A stretch of 64,000 nt of DNA from Lachnospiraceae bacterium (GTDB lineage Bacteria > Bacillota > Clostridia > Lachnospirales > Lachnospiraceae): contig JAZLJS010000101.1 in NCBI GenBank assembly GCA_045617945.1, positions 11,529 through 75,528 of the forward strand, written 5' to 3'. The notes beneath the pieces were generated by a model. The model ran no database searches, was not told the DNA's origin, and saw only the letters and a list, made by a program, of their open reading frames with translations. Of the stretch, positions 48,281 through 58,785 are shown one piece after another; within the stretch, counting starts at the first letter, position 1, and each line of letters starts with the position of its first letter. The position numbers and the translations under genes are program-made.

Positions 48281-49165
48281 ATGCGTAAAAAGAAATTGAC
48301 CACTGCAAGAGACGTATTCTTATTTTTACTTCCCGCTATTATTTTGTTCGGCGGAATTCTGATCGCGCCTATTGTCATGTCATGCTATTACAGCTTTTTT
48401 GACTGGCATTTGGTTAAGGGTAATCAAGGATTTGTAGGTCTTGAGAACTACAAAGAATTGTTTACCAGTAATTCGATTGCTTTTTCAAAAGCAATAGGTA
48501 ATTCGCTTTTGTTGGCATTCCTTTCGGTTTTCATTCAGTTACCTATCTCTCTTGGATTAGCGCTTTTGCTCGGTAGAAAGATTAAAGGTGAAAGAGTATT
48601 CCTTTCCATTTTCTTCTTACCGGTACTTATTTCAACAGTTGTTATCGGCCAGTTGTGGTTAAAGATCTATAACCCGAACTATGGCCTTTTGAATGTAGCC
48701 TTGGTTGGCTTGGGATTTGACAAATTTACCGACTTCACATGGTTGACGGATAAGACTGCAATATGGGCATGTTTCATTCCGACCTTGTGGCAATATGTCG
48801 GTTATCATATGTTATTGATGTATGCAGGCGTTAAATCGGTTCCGACCGATTATCGTGAAGCTGCTAAGATTGATGGTGCCACTGAGAGCCAGGTTAACAG
48901 ATATATCGTTATTCCTTACATTAAGGGTATCCTTAAGGTTAGCGTTATTTTCGCTGTTACCGGTTCCCTCAAGTCTTACGATATGATTAAGGTTTTGTTA
49001 GGTGGCCAGAAACACAGTCCTGTAGAAGTTCCTACAACACGATTGATCAATCAGATTATTGAACGAAACAAAGTCGGAACAGGTAGTTCTATCGCAGTAA
49101 TGCTGATTATTCTTTGCTTTGCATTTGCGTTGATTATTGGCAGAGTATTTAGGGAGGATGATTAA
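48281..49165 (+). CDS. Carbohydrate ABC transporter permease (MalF/BPD type)
   Basis: Six-TM permease with an EAA-loop-like REAAKIDGATESQ. ATG at 48281 follows GGAAGGA. Confidence 0.85.
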   Translation: MRKKKLTTARDVFLFLLPAIILFGGILIAPIVMSCYYSFFDWHLVKGNQGFVGLENYKELFTSNSIAFSKAIGNSLLLAFLSVFIQLPISLGLALLLGRKIKGERVFLSIFFLPVLISTVVIGQLWLKIYNPNYGLLNVALVGLGFDKFTDFTWLTDKTAIWACFIPTLWQYVGYHMLLMYAGVKSVPTDYREAAKIDGATESQVNRYIVIPYIKGILKVSVIFAVTGSLKSYDMIKVLLGGQKHSPVEVPTTRLINQIIERNKVGTGSSIAVMLIILCFAFALIIGRVFREDD

Positions 49166-49167
49166 CA

Positions 49168-50037
49168 ATGGCGAAAGACAGAAATAGCGAAATGGAATAT
49201 ACCATTAAGAAAACCAGTAAAGCCCGTATTGTTATTACTTACATTTTCCTTGTAATCTGGGCTGTTATTAACTTGTTCCCCATTTACTGGATGTTCACAT
49301 TCTCTTTGAAAGATAATTCCGAAATTTTCGGTGCGAATGTTGCAGGTCTTCCTACAAAATGGTTGTGGAGCAACTATGCTTCTGCTTGGAATACCGGTGA
49401 TATGCCGAGATTCTTTGTAAACAGTATCGTTATTACGATTGTAACGATTGCACTTACATTGATTGCTTCTATTATGGCAACGTATGCAATCACGCGAATC
49501 AACTGGAGAGGCTCCAAACTTACAAACAGTTTCTTTATGTTGGGACTTACAATTCCGGTTCACTCGGCATTGATTCCTATTTATAAGGTACTCATTAAGA
49601 CGAATCTTACCAACAGTTATGCTGCTTTGATTTTGCCGTATGCGGCATTTTCACTTGCAATGGGTATCTTAATTTGTACAGGATTTATGCAGGAGATTCC
49701 CAAAGATATTGATGAAGCTGCTTATATCGATGGTTCCGGTCGATGGGGCACCTTCTTCAAGATTATTGTACCGCTTATGAAACCGGCTGTTGCAACGGTA
49801 TCCATTTATACATTCCTTCAGAGTTGGAATGAATTTATGTTTGCCAGCATCTTCAACACCAAGAGTGTCTATATGACGATTCCTGCCGGTGTTCAGCAGT
49901 TGTTCGGTTCCTATACGACAGACTGGGGCCCGATCGGTGCGGCACTTTCAATTGCAACATTCCCGACGATTTTTGCTTACATCTTCCTGAACAGAAAGAT
50001 TCAGGACAGCTTTATTGCCGGTGCTGTAAAGGGTTGA
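49168..50037 (+). CDS. Carbohydrate ABC transporter permease (MalG type)
   Basis: EAA-loop DEAAYIDGSGRWGTFFKI, six TM helices. Starts 2 nt after the upstream stop. Confidence 0.85.
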   Translation: MAKDRNSEMEYTIKKTSKARIVITYIFLVIWAVINLFPIYWMFTFSLKDNSEIFGANVAGLPTKWLWSNYASAWNTGDMPRFFVNSIVITIVTIALTLIASIMATYAITRINWRGSKLTNSFFMLGLTIPVHSALIPIYKVLIKTNLTNSYAALILPYAAFSLAMGILICTGFMQEIPKDIDEAAYIDGSGRWGTFFKIIVPLMKPAVATVSIYTFLQSWNEFMFASIFNTKSVYMTIPAGVQQLFGSYTTDWGPIGAALSIATFPTIFAYIFLNRKIQDSFIAGAVKG

Positions 50038-50102
50038 TGTATATGTGCTCAATAGTGTGAGTATGTTGAATTTACAAGTGAATAGTTCGATAGAATTATT
50101 GA

Positions 50103-50134
50103 AAACCTGCCCAACTTTTTGGGCGGGTTTTTTT
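50103..50134 (+). terminator. Rho-independent terminator
   Basis: AAACCTGCCC-aacttttt-GGGCGGGTTT running into TTTTTTT. Confidence 0.75.
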
Positions 50135-50144
50135 ATTTGCTATA

Positions 50145-51956
50145 ATGCCGCCAAGGAATTACAATAAACGTATGAATATTTTGCGAATCAGAGATATGAA
50201 ACAGAATATGAAATCAACAGAAAGTCACACGACCATTGTTAAGCTCGTAGGGATAATATTTGGAACTGTGTGTGCTCTTTTTCTGTTGGCATTTATCATC
50301 TCTGCATTTCTTATTAAATCCAGAACAGATATGGATTACGAGATCCGAACAGCAGAAACCAGATTGAATAATATCGGCGCGAATATAGAGGCGACATTGG
50401 ACAATTACAAGGACTTATCACGTCTGGTAATGTTAAACGAGGTCGTCATGAAGTTTTTCCGTGCATTAAGCGTAGATGCCGGAATGATTAACGATGCCCG
50501 CTTTGGCGTTATGGATATTATGAATGTTTCCGATAACCTTGATTCGGTTATTCTTATACGAAATGATTATTCGTATATGAATAATGGACGTAGTATATAC
50601 TTGTTTGATACAGATATGATGCGTACCGATGAGTGGCGCAATATTTATCTCGACAAGAGGGGCGGCGCGGTTGTATCAATTAATGCGAGCAATGCTGTTG
50701 CCAGACAAGACGGGGCTCCGCTTATTACAATCGGTCGAGCGGTATATGATATCAATTCGCAGAAGCAAAAGGGAATGATGCTTCTTGACTTTACAACGGG
50801 AATGCTCGATCGAATTATTAAGTCGCAAGGGAATTCGGATGTTTGTATTATGACTGTGGACGGTAAATATTTGTCGGGCAAGAAGGATCTTGTGCAATAT
50901 TTTTCACCGGAATATGCATCGGAGGATATTGTTCATGAAGAACATGGATACATATTTAAGAAGCGCATGATTAGTGCAATGTCTGTAAAGGATACTCCAT
51001 TTGTAATTATTTGTGAAACAAGTGCGGACAGTGATACTGTACCGAAGGAAATTCTTTTAAGCTTTGTACTGTTAATAGTCGCATTTCTTATTTCCGTTGG
51101 AATAACAGCTCTGTCTGTTATGCGTAATTTTACAAGACCTATATTGAATCTGACCAAAGCGATGGAAGAAACCAAGAAGTCCGGCTGGCTGAAGAAGGTT
51201 GATGTATCGATGCCGAACAATGAAATCGGTATTTTGGCAGACAGTTATAACGGCATGATAGAATATCTGAATGATATGTTTAACCGCCTTTTGGAGAATG
51301 AGAAGGAGATTCAAAAGGCAGAAATGCGTGTCCTGCAGGAACAAATCAAGCCCCATTTTTTGTATAATTCATTGGAGTGCATTAATTGCATGGCGCTGGA
51401 AGAGGGTGCAGAGAGCGTTCAAAAGGCTATAGAGACGCTGGGAAGCTTTTATCGCAATTCATTAAGTAAAGGAAATCGCGAGATTCCCATGAAACGTGAA
51501 ATCAGTATAATAAAGGATTATTTGTATTTGCAGCGACTTCGTTACGGTGACGATTTGGCGGATAGCTATGATGTGGCCGAGGATACAGTTGAGTTGTATG
51601 TTCCGAAGCTCATTTTACAGCCGCTTGTTGAGAATAGTATATATCATGGAATTCGCTTAAAGGGTGAAGAAGGCATTATTCGTGTTTCTTCACGGATTGA
51701 AGACGGAGAATTGCATCTTTATGTGTATGATACCGGTGTGGGAATGAGCGAGGAAGCTATAGCGGAGGCGCTTGCGCCGTCTGTTAAGCCGGATTCACGT
51801 AAGGACGAAGCATTGCACGGTTTCGGATTGCGCGGAACGATTGAACGTGTAAGATATTACAGTAACCGAGAAGATGCTGTACAAATCCGAAGTGAGTTGG
51901 GAGAATATACCGAGATTGAAATGATTTTGCCTATAATGCGAAAGGAGAGCTACTGA
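50145..51956 (+). CDS. Sensor histidine kinase, YesM/LytS-like (HAMP plus His_kinase plus HATPase)
   Basis: Two TM helices around an extracellular domain. HAMP. HFLYNSLECINCMA phosphoacceptor box, VENSIYHG N-box, DTGVGM. The start is uncertain (alternative ATGs at 50172 and 50199). Confidence 0.8.
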   Translation: MPPRNYNKRMNILRIRDMKQNMKSTESHTTIVKLVGIIFGTVCALFLLAFIISAFLIKSRTDMDYEIRTAETRLNNIGANIEATLDNYKDLSRLVMLNEVVMKFFRALSVDAGMINDARFGVMDIMNVSDNLDSVILIRNDYSYMNNGRSIYLFDTDMMRTDEWRNIYLDKRGGAVVSINASNAVARQDGAPLITIGRAVYDINSQKQKGMMLLDFTTGMLDRIIKSQGNSDVCIMTVDGKYLSGKKDLVQYFSPEYASEDIVHEEHGYIFKKRMISAMSVKDTPFVIICETSADSDTVPKEILLSFVLLIVAFLISVGITALSVMRNFTRPILNLTKAMEETKKSGWLKKVDVSMPNNEIGILADSYNGMIEYLNDMFNRLLENEKEIQKAEMRVLQEQIKPHFLYNSLECINCMALEEGAESVQKAIETLGSFYRNSLSKGNREIPMKREISIIKDYLYLQRLRYGDDLADSYDVAEDTVELYVPKLILQPLVENSIYHGIRLKGEEGIIRVSSRIEDGELHLYVYDTGVGMSEEAIAEALAPSVKPDSRKDEALHGFGLRGTIERVRYYSNREDAVQIRSELGEYTEIEMILPIMRKESY

Positions 51957-51958
51957 CC

Positions 51959-52705
51959 ATGCATCGTGTAATGATTATTGATGATGAGCCTACCGCAAGA
52001 AAATTGTTGATTAAGTCGATAGACTGGGCAGCATATGACCTTGAAATTGTGGGTGAGGCAGCAAACGGAATAGAAGCAATCAATGTAATTGATGAGATGA
52101 AGCCGGATTTGGCTTTTGTGGATATTTCGATGCCGTTTATGGATGGAATATCGTTTACGGAGATTGCAACGGAACGTTATCCGAACTTGATTATTATTAT
52201 TCTGACAGCATTTGATGAGTTTGAAAATGCAAGGAAATGTGTTCGACTGCCGGTTTTGGATTATCTTTTGAAACCGATTGTCCGTGAAGAAGTAGAGGAT
52301 GCTCTGCGTGCGGCTAATAAGAAGCTTTCTGCCATGGAAGACAGGAAAGGACGTGAGTCCCGCGATGATGCACCGCCCACAGAGTCCTCTTCCATGGATC
52401 AGATAGAGAAGTATCTGATTAGTAATTATACGGATTCCACGATTAATCTTGCTTCGGTTTCCTTGAAATTTGGGTTTAACCCCAGCTATCTCAGCCGTAA
52501 GTTTAAACAGGATATAGGAAAAAGTTTTGTTGAGTACTTGACGGAAAAGCGTATGGAAAAGGCTGTTGAGCTGGCGGAAAACAATGTGAAAATGTTCTGT
52601 GCGGCCGAGGAAGTCGGTATTCCCGATCCGAATTATTTCGGACGATGTTTCAAGAAATATACCGGGGTCAGTTACTCGGAGTATGCAGCCAAGAATAAAA
52701 AGTGA
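51959..52705 (+). CDS. Response regulator with AraC-type HTH output (YesN-like)
   Basis: REC (VMIIDDE, LAFVDISMPFMDG, LLKP) plus an AraC HTH (GFNPSYLSRKFKQ, IPDPNYFGRCFKKY). Confidence 0.85.
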   Translation: MHRVMIIDDEPTARKLLIKSIDWAAYDLEIVGEAANGIEAINVIDEMKPDLAFVDISMPFMDGISFTEIATERYPNLIIIILTAFDEFENARKCVRLPVLDYLLKPIVREEVEDALRAANKKLSAMEDRKGRESRDDAPPTESSSMDQIEKYLISNYTDSTINLASVSLKFGFNPSYLSRKFKQDIGKSFVEYLTEKRMEKAVELAENNVKMFCAAEEVGIPDPNYFGRCFKKYTGVSYSEYAAKNKK

Positions 52706-52720
52706 TGATTTGTGGGGTGA

Positions 52721-53998
52721 ATGATGAACGACGGTTTTAAGCGTTTCGATATGAAAAAGCCGCCTATTATGTGCAGATGGTTTTTAAAGCCGATTGCGTG
52801 GGCAATTGTATTTCCGGGTATTTGGAAGCATCATACCCATATTACAAAGATTGGCATGGAAGGCATTAAGCCGCCTTATATTCTGTTGGGCAATCATAAT
52901 GCGTTCTTTGATATGAATGTTTCATCGGCTGCGACTTTCCCGCATTTTGGGAATTATGTGGTAGCCATAGACGGATATATCGGACGCGAATGGCTGCTGC
53001 GAAATATAGGGTGTATCTGCAAGCGTAAATTTACAAATGATGTAATGATACTTCGACATATCAAGACGGTTTTGCATCGGAAGGGAATTGCGGCGATTTA
53101 TCCCGAGGCGCGCTATTCCCTGTGCGGAACGACAGCACCGCTTCCGGAGTCTTTGGGTAAATTGTGTAAGATGATGGATGTTCCGGTGGTTACGCTGATA
53201 TGCCACGGACATCATATTAATCATCCGTTTTGGAATACGCGCCACGAGCGCAAAGTCACACCGACCGAGGCTACAATGAAGATGTTTTTGACGCGCGATG
53301 AAGTGCGTAGTTTGACGGTTGATGAGATAAACGCGCGGTTGGTTGAAGAATTTCAGTATGATGACTTTGCCTGGCAGGCAGATAATAAGGTGAAAGTGGA
53401 TTGCAAGGACCGTGCGGAGGGGCTGGAGAAGATATTGTACCAGTGCCCGCATTGTCTGAAGGAATTCCAAATGCGTACGGCGAAACATTTGTTGTCCTGC
53501 ATTTCCTGCGGCAAGTCTTGGGCCATGAATGAGTATGGCAAATTGCAGGCACTAGAGGGAGATACGGAATTTGATCATATTCCCGACTGGTACGAGTGGG
53601 AACGTAAGAATGTACGTCGCGAAGTAGAGGAAGGACGTTATTCGTCGGGTGAACTGCCTGTTTATGTGAAGAGTCTTCCCAATGCAAAAGGGTACATAAA
53701 GCTGGGAAACGGAACGATGATTCACGATATGAACGGATTCCACGTTAAGGTAAAGGATGAGAATGGTCATGAATACGAGATGGAAAAGAGCGTTTCCTCA
53801 CAGTATTCCTGTCATGTGGAATATGAATATCTGTTTAAGGACGGTGACTGTGTTGACCTGAACACATTGACGGATACATGGTATACCTATCCGTATGACA
53901 AGCCGTTTTCCGTTACGAAGATGGCTCTCGCAACTGAGGAGCTGTATTACGATTACAGAAAGAAATCCGGCCGGCCGTGTAAACCGGGGCTGGCATAA
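52721..53998 (+). CDS. Lysophospholipid/glycerol-3-phosphate acyltransferase family protein (PlsC-like) with C-terminal extension
   Basis: HX4D motif GNHNAFFD, then IYPEARYS. Internal zinc-ribbon-like CPHC...CISC. Confidence 0.7.
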   Translation: MMNDGFKRFDMKKPPIMCRWFLKPIAWAIVFPGIWKHHTHITKIGMEGIKPPYILLGNHNAFFDMNVSSAATFPHFGNYVVAIDGYIGREWLLRNIGCICKRKFTNDVMILRHIKTVLHRKGIAAIYPEARYSLCGTTAPLPESLGKLCKMMDVPVVTLICHGHHINHPFWNTRHERKVTPTEATMKMFLTRDEVRSLTVDEINARLVEEFQYDDFAWQADNKVKVDCKDRAEGLEKILYQCPHCLKEFQMRTAKHLLSCISCGKSWAMNEYGKLQALEGDTEFDHIPDWYEWERKNVRREVEEGRYSSGELPVYVKSLPNAKGYIKLGNGTMIHDMNGFHVKVKDENGHEYEMEKSVSSQYSCHVEYEYLFKDGDCVDLNTLTDTWYTYPYDKPFSVTKMALATEELYYDYRKKSGRPCKPGLA

Positions 53999-54022
53999 TT
54001 ATTTACGAAAGAGGATTGGTGT

Positions 54023-54670
54023 ATGAAAGACATACATATTACACGAGACCAGGTAAAGACAATATATGATGCGAAATTCTTAAAGATGTTTGATCTGCAG
54101 TATGCCGAGGGACGTCATTATTATAATGCCACACGTCGGAGCGCGGAGAATCTGGTTGCGCTTAAATCGGAAGAAGAATTTCAAAAGATGCTTCCGGATG
54201 CGGTTACTATTGCGGTTATCGTAACACTTCCGAATGATGAACCGAAGCTTCTGTTATCATACGAATACAGATATCCCGTGAGTCAGTTTTTACTTAGCCC
54301 TGTGGCGGGATTGATTGATGAGGAAGATATCGCTGCACCCAATCCGCTTGTTTCGGCAGCAATTCGTGAGATTAAGGAAGAATGCGGTCTGACGGTTAAA
54401 GAGTCTGATTCGGTGGAAGTAATTAATCCGTGCGCATTTTCTTCGCCGGGAATGACGGATGAGAGCAATGCATTTTTGTGTGCCCGGATCACCGTTTCTG
54501 ACCTTAGTGAGATGAATCAGGATGGTGCTGTCGGCGGCGAAGTCTTTGATGGATTCGAACTTTTGACGAAGGATGAAGCGAAGAAATTGTTTGCTGCCGG
54601 CAGAGATAAGAACGGTAATTTCTTCTCGCTGGCAACGTGGGCTGTTTTGGCATATTTTGCGAATTGTTGA
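54023..54670 (+). CDS. NUDIX hydrolase
   Basis: Nudix box GLIDEEDIAAPNPLVSAAIREIKEECGL (Gx5Ex7REUxEExGU-like). Confidence 0.8.
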   Translation: MKDIHITRDQVKTIYDAKFLKMFDLQYAEGRHYYNATRRSAENLVALKSEEEFQKMLPDAVTIAVIVTLPNDEPKLLLSYEYRYPVSQFLLSPVAGLIDEEDIAAPNPLVSAAIREIKEECGLTVKESDSVEVINPCAFSSPGMTDESNAFLCARITVSDLSEMNQDGAVGGEVFDGFELLTKDEAKKLFAAGRDKNGNFFSLATWAVLAYFANC

Positions 54671-54768
54671 TTTGGTGTATCTGCGAAGTTTGTTTTTGCA
54701 AATTGTTGATGTATTTGTGAAGAATATTTTGCGAATTGTTGATTTGGTGTATCCGTGAAGAATATTTG
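54652..54768. repeat. Tandem duplication (about 36-bp unit x 3; 30-nt exact copies 72 bp apart) across a stop codon and the next start
   Basis: ATATTTTGCGAATTGTTGATTTGGTGTATC at 54652-54681 and 54724-54753. Copy 1 contains the last codons and TGA of the NUDIX gene. Copy 2 ends 1 nt before the GTG at 54755. Confidence 0.9.
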
Positions 54769-56272
54769 GAAATTGATTGGAAAGTGCATATTGGTTCTTG
54801 TCCCGGTGCTTCTGATTGCGCTTTATGCCGCGGCTAATTTCATGGCATACGCAGATTCGGAAGCTCCTTATTATGTGTGGAATCGTGAGGTTACCACATC
54901 TGTACAGGATGGCCCTGTTGATGTGATGATTCTGGGAGATTCTGCGGCAAATGCTGCATTTATGCCGGAACTTCTGTCTGAATCCACAGTGAATCTGGCC
55001 CTTGGCGGAACCACACCGTTGGAAAATTACTATGTGTTCACCGAGTGGCTTGCGCATAATGCTCCTCCGAAAGATTTGTTTATTGCATTTTCCGATTTGC
55101 ATATGCGTAAAGCAAATTGTTTCTGGGAGCGAACGATGTATTCGCATCGATTTACGCCTTCGGAGAATTATCGGATGATTCGCGAAGCGGCCAAGTATCA
55201 TGATGAAACGATTGCGCATCGCGGATGGCCGGCAGATTATCTGGCGTATGAATTGTACATGCCGGGGAAGTATATCACTTCGCTAACGGCAGCAGGTTTC
55301 AATAAGCGATTGGAGGACAATCGGTTCTATAAAGAAGAGATAGAGGTGTGCGGCGGTCGCTATATTGCACGTGGAAACACGGAGTGGGCAGCCGAGGCGC
55401 AAACGCTCGATGAATATGTTGTTTCCGATTTGATGGATTGTTATTATCGTCGAATTATTGACCTTGCGATTACGAACGGATGTCGTGTGCATGTAATCAA
55501 GCTTCCGTCACCGAATTGTGTGTTTACCGCATATACGTACATCGAACAGTGTAATGCATATTATGACGGCTTAAAGGAGAGTTACCCTGATATTACGGTG
55601 GATTGGTGGGGCGCATATGAGCCGTTTAGATTTTTTGATGATGTTCATATGAATACACATGGTGCGAGACTCTTTTCCACAGAACTTCGTGCCAAATATC
55701 AGGAATGTTTTACAGCTTCGGGTGATTCATCAGAAAGTGTCGCTGTGAACGCTTTATCTGAAAGTACAGCTTCGAACGATTCATCAGAAAGTGTCGCTGT
55801 GGCGGTTTCGGCGAATTTCGGTGCGCAGGGCGGTCGTAGTCTTGTTGCACGAAATAATGACATTTCTGCCGAAAATTACAAGGAGGAAATGGTGTATTGG
55901 ATTGACGGGCAGGACTACAGTCTGGTAGTTATGGATCCGACCGGGGAGATGGGAGAAGTGTTTTCCACATCAATTGCGGTATTGCAGGATCTTGATATGA
56001 AGAGTTACGCGCAGAATTCGGTATACATTGCACCACCGCATGCTGTGGCACGAGGCCTTGATATTGACGGAATGGCTGTGCCGGGTGCTTATATAATCGA
56101 TGGATTTGAGGGCGCATCCGAGAATTTTGCTGTGACTTTTGACGGGCAGTCCGTAACGATCATGTGCCCGGACGGAAGCAGTGAATTGTTGGATATGTAT
56201 GGTGAATATACGTTGTCAATGTGCGTTGTAGATAATTGCAGCGGCAAGATCTTATGCCGCAAGGATTTCTGA
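54755..56272 (+). CDS. Membrane-anchored SGNH/GDSL-like hydrolase or acyltransferase-accessory protein
   Basis: N-terminal TM helix. VMILGDSAANAAF (block I) and DDVHMNTHG (block V, DxxH). Internal SSESVAV repeat. GTG start with no clear RBS. Confidence 0.55.
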   Translation: MKNIWKLIGKCILVLVPVLLIALYAAANFMAYADSEAPYYVWNREVTTSVQDGPVDVMILGDSAANAAFMPELLSESTVNLALGGTTPLENYYVFTEWLAHNAPPKDLFIAFSDLHMRKANCFWERTMYSHRFTPSENYRMIREAAKYHDETIAHRGWPADYLAYELYMPGKYITSLTAAGFNKRLEDNRFYKEEIEVCGGRYIARGNTEWAAEAQTLDEYVVSDLMDCYYRRIIDLAITNGCRVHVIKLPSPNCVFTAYTYIEQCNAYYDGLKESYPDITVDWWGAYEPFRFFDDVHMNTHGARLFSTELRAKYQECFTASGDSSESVAVNALSESTASNDSSESVAVAVSANFGAQGGRSLVARNNDISAENYKEEMVYWIDGQDYSLVVMDPTGEMGEVFSTSIAVLQDLDMKSYAQNSVYIAPPHAVARGLDIDGMAVPGAYIIDGFEGASENFAVTFDGQSVTIMCPDGSSELLDMYGEYTLSMCVVDNCSGKILCRKDF

Positions 56273-56351
56273 TTATTGAAACAGAAAATTGTGTTCTGTT
56301 ATATTCGGAGCACTTGTGATTAAGTAAGTGAAATGGAGGATAGTGATTTAT

Positions 56352-57599
56352 ATGAGAAAAGTCATTGTATGTTGTCTTTCGTTAGCCATTGCGGCATCTT
56401 TATGTGCCTGCACGGTTGATGTGCATGTGAGCGAAGCCCCACAGGCCGGAATGAATGAAGAGACAGATGCCGGGATGAGTGAAGAGAAGGATGCCGGAAC
56501 AGGTGCTGAATCGTCGGTCGGAATGAATGAAGAGCAGGCTACGGAGGTATTGGAAACAGAGCCTATGTCTATCGAATACGAGGATAAGTTTGGAAGTGTA
56601 TACGGACAGGATACGATTGAAGAATTTATCGCGCGCGGCTTTGAATTCGGCGACAGTCTTGATGTGGAATTCAGTAACGGCAAGCATTTTGAGGATATTC
56701 CGTTTTACAGCGGATATTTTACGAGAAACGGAGAAATGCTTTTGGTTGGATATCAGGGATATCCGCATATTTGCTTTGCAAGTAATAATGGCGATGGTAT
56801 GCGCGAGATCTTAAATGCCGATGAAGATACAGATACGATGGTTGTGCGGTTACACGAGAAGGCAAAGTATATTGATATTCAAAACGCGATGGCGATGACA
56901 TATTCCTCTGAGCGGAGTGACTTTTCTTCGGATGCAGAATTCGCAAACTTCCGTGAAGTGAAAGTTGGTGGTTTGGCATCGGGCAGAATGTATCGATCTG
57001 CATCGCCGTGTGATGACAGTTATCATCGTGCACCGTATGTGAATGACTTGTGTGAGGAGAATGGTATTTCATTCATCATGGACTTGGCGGATAATGAGGA
57101 TGACATTCAAGCACATTTGCAAAATGATACACTAAACAATACGTATTGGCGAAACCTGTATGAGCAGGGCTCTGTATGTGCAATGGGCATGTCTACGGCT
57201 TATTACACGGATAAAAATAAGCAGAAGCTGGCCGATGGGATTCGCGCATTGCTGGCATCCGACGGCCCGTTTTTGGTGCATTGTACCGAGGGAAAGGACA
57301 GGACCGGATTTATCTGTCTTTTGCTTGAATCGCTTGCCGGTGCATCACTAGATGAACTTGAAGCAGATTATATGGAGACCTATGATAATTATTTTGGCAT
57401 CACAGAGGAAACGAATCCTGTATCATACGATGCATATTTATCGTTAAAATTGGGAGATATGTATCGTCTTTTGTTGCAGCAGGATGACATTTCGGATGTG
57501 ACGGGCGAAGAACTGACACAGGGTGTAAGAGATTATCTGATGAGCACGGGACTTTCGGAAGACGAGGTAGATAAACTTAAGGAACGGTTGTGTGATTAG
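56352..57599 (+). CDS. Lipoprotein with protein-tyrosine/dual-specificity phosphatase-like domain
   Basis: Lipobox SLCAC, acidic low-complexity linker, CX5R active-site loop HCTEGKDRTG. Confidence 0.75.
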   Translation: MRKVIVCCLSLAIAASLCACTVDVHVSEAPQAGMNEETDAGMSEEKDAGTGAESSVGMNEEQATEVLETEPMSIEYEDKFGSVYGQDTIEEFIARGFEFGDSLDVEFSNGKHFEDIPFYSGYFTRNGEMLLVGYQGYPHICFASNNGDGMREILNADEDTDTMVVRLHEKAKYIDIQNAMAMTYSSERSDFSSDAEFANFREVKVGGLASGRMYRSASPCDDSYHRAPYVNDLCEENGISFIMDLADNEDDIQAHLQNDTLNNTYWRNLYEQGSVCAMGMSTAYYTDKNKQKLADGIRALLASDGPFLVHCTEGKDRTGFICLLLESLAGASLDELEADYMETYDNYFGITEETNPVSYDAYLSLKLGDMYRLLLQQDDISDVTGEELTQGVRDYLMSTGLSEDEVDKLKERLCD

Positions 57600-57600
57600 G

Positions 57601-58785
57601 ATGAGCAAGAACTATAAACAGACATTAACCGCGTGTTATTTGGGGTTTGTGACCCAGGCAATTTGTGCCAATTTTGCCCCGTTGTTGTTTCTTACTTTTC
57701 ATAGTGAGTATGGGATAAGCTTTGCATCGTTGGCATTGATTTCTACTGTGTTTTTCTTTACGCAGCTTCTGGTTGATCTGGTATGCACAAAACTTGTGGA
57801 TATTATCGGGTACAGAACCTGCGTGGTAGCCGCGGAAGTCACATCGGCACTTGGACTTGCGGGTTTTGCATTCATTCCGAATTTATTGCCGACTCCTTTT
57901 TCCGGAATTATTTTATGCGTGATCATATATGCTATCGGAAGCGGACTTACCGAAGTCTTGGTAAGCCCGATTGTGGAGGCATGTCCATTTGATAATAAAG
58001 AAGCGACCATGAGTTTGTTGCACTCATTCTATTGCTGGGGAAGCGTGGGCGTAATCCTCGGGTCAACCGTTTTCTTCGCATTGTTCGGGGTAGAGAATTG
58101 GAAGATCCTGGCAGTTTTATGGGCGCTTGTTCCTATGGTTAATATATATAATTTTGCTGTTTGTCCTATCGAACGCCTTGTTGAAGACGGAGAGGGTATG
58201 ACGGTTCGAGAGCTTTTCTCGACGAAGATTTTTTGGGTGTTTATCATCTTAATGATATGTGCCGGTTCATCCGAACTGGCCATGGCACAGTGGGCTTCTG
58301 CATTTGCGGAGTCTGCACTTGGCGTTTCCAAAACAATCGGTGACTTGGCGGGACCATGTGGATTTGCGATATGCATGGGAATCAGTCGTGCGTTGTACGG
58401 AAAGTATGGTGAACGGATTGATTTGACGACATTTATGGTATTTTCCGGTCTGCTGTGTCTGGGCTGTTATTTACTGGCGGCGTTGGCACAGATTCCGATA
58501 TTGGGACTTGTGGGATGCGCGCTTTGCGGATTCTCCGTAGGCATTATGTGGCCGGGCTCCATTAGCATTTCTTCGCGTATCCTCAAAAAGGGCGGGACTG
58601 CATTGTTTGCGCTTTTGGCACTTGCGGGCGATCTGGGAGGTTCTCTCGGACCGGCAATTGTAGGATTGTTTTCGCAGAGGGCGGGAGAAAATCTGCAGGC
58701 CGGGGTGCTATATGGTATCGGATTTCCGATAGTGCTGGTATTGTGTGTTTTGTATATTCGAAGACAAAAGAAAGCGGAGTCCTAA
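57601..58785 (+). CDS. MFS transporter
   Basis: About 12 TM helices in a two-halves organisation. Its stop overlaps the stop of the convergent kinase gene (CTAA, 58782-58785). Confidence 0.75.
   Translation: MSKNYKQTLTACYLGFVTQAICANFAPLLFLTFHSEYGISFASLALISTVFFFTQLLVDLVCTKLVDIIGYRTCVVAAEVTSALGLAGFAFIPNLLPTPFSGIILCVIIYAIGSGLTEVLVSPIVEACPFDNKEATMSLLHSFYCWGSVGVILGSTVFFALFGVENWKILAVLWALVPMVNIYNFAVCPIERLVEDGEGMTVRELFSTKIFWVFIILMICAGSSELAMAQWASAFAESALGVSKTIGDLAGPCGFAICMGISRALYGKYGERIDLTTFMVFSGLLCLGCYLLAALAQIPILGLVGCALCGFSVGIMWPGSISISSRILKKGGTALFALLALAGDLGGSLGPAIVGLFSQRAGENLQAGVLYGIGFPIVLVLCVLYIRRQKKAES

Noticed and set aside
54290-55219. Long antisense and shadow ORFs inside confidently assigned genes (for example 54290-55219, 16963-17670, 6311-6925, 13873-14619, 24488-25111, 60630-61262)
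   Set aside because: Each lies opposite or out of frame within a gene that has clear family motifs. Their translations are low-complexity or rich in Arg, Ile, His and Cys, as is typical of non-coding frames.
58782-58785. Overlapping convergent stop codons (CTAA) of the MFS and hydrogenase-like kinase genes as a regulatory feature
   Set aside because: The overlap is real in the sequence, but a 4-nt convergent overlap is common in compact genomes. I see no hairpin or other structure to suggest a specific mechanism.
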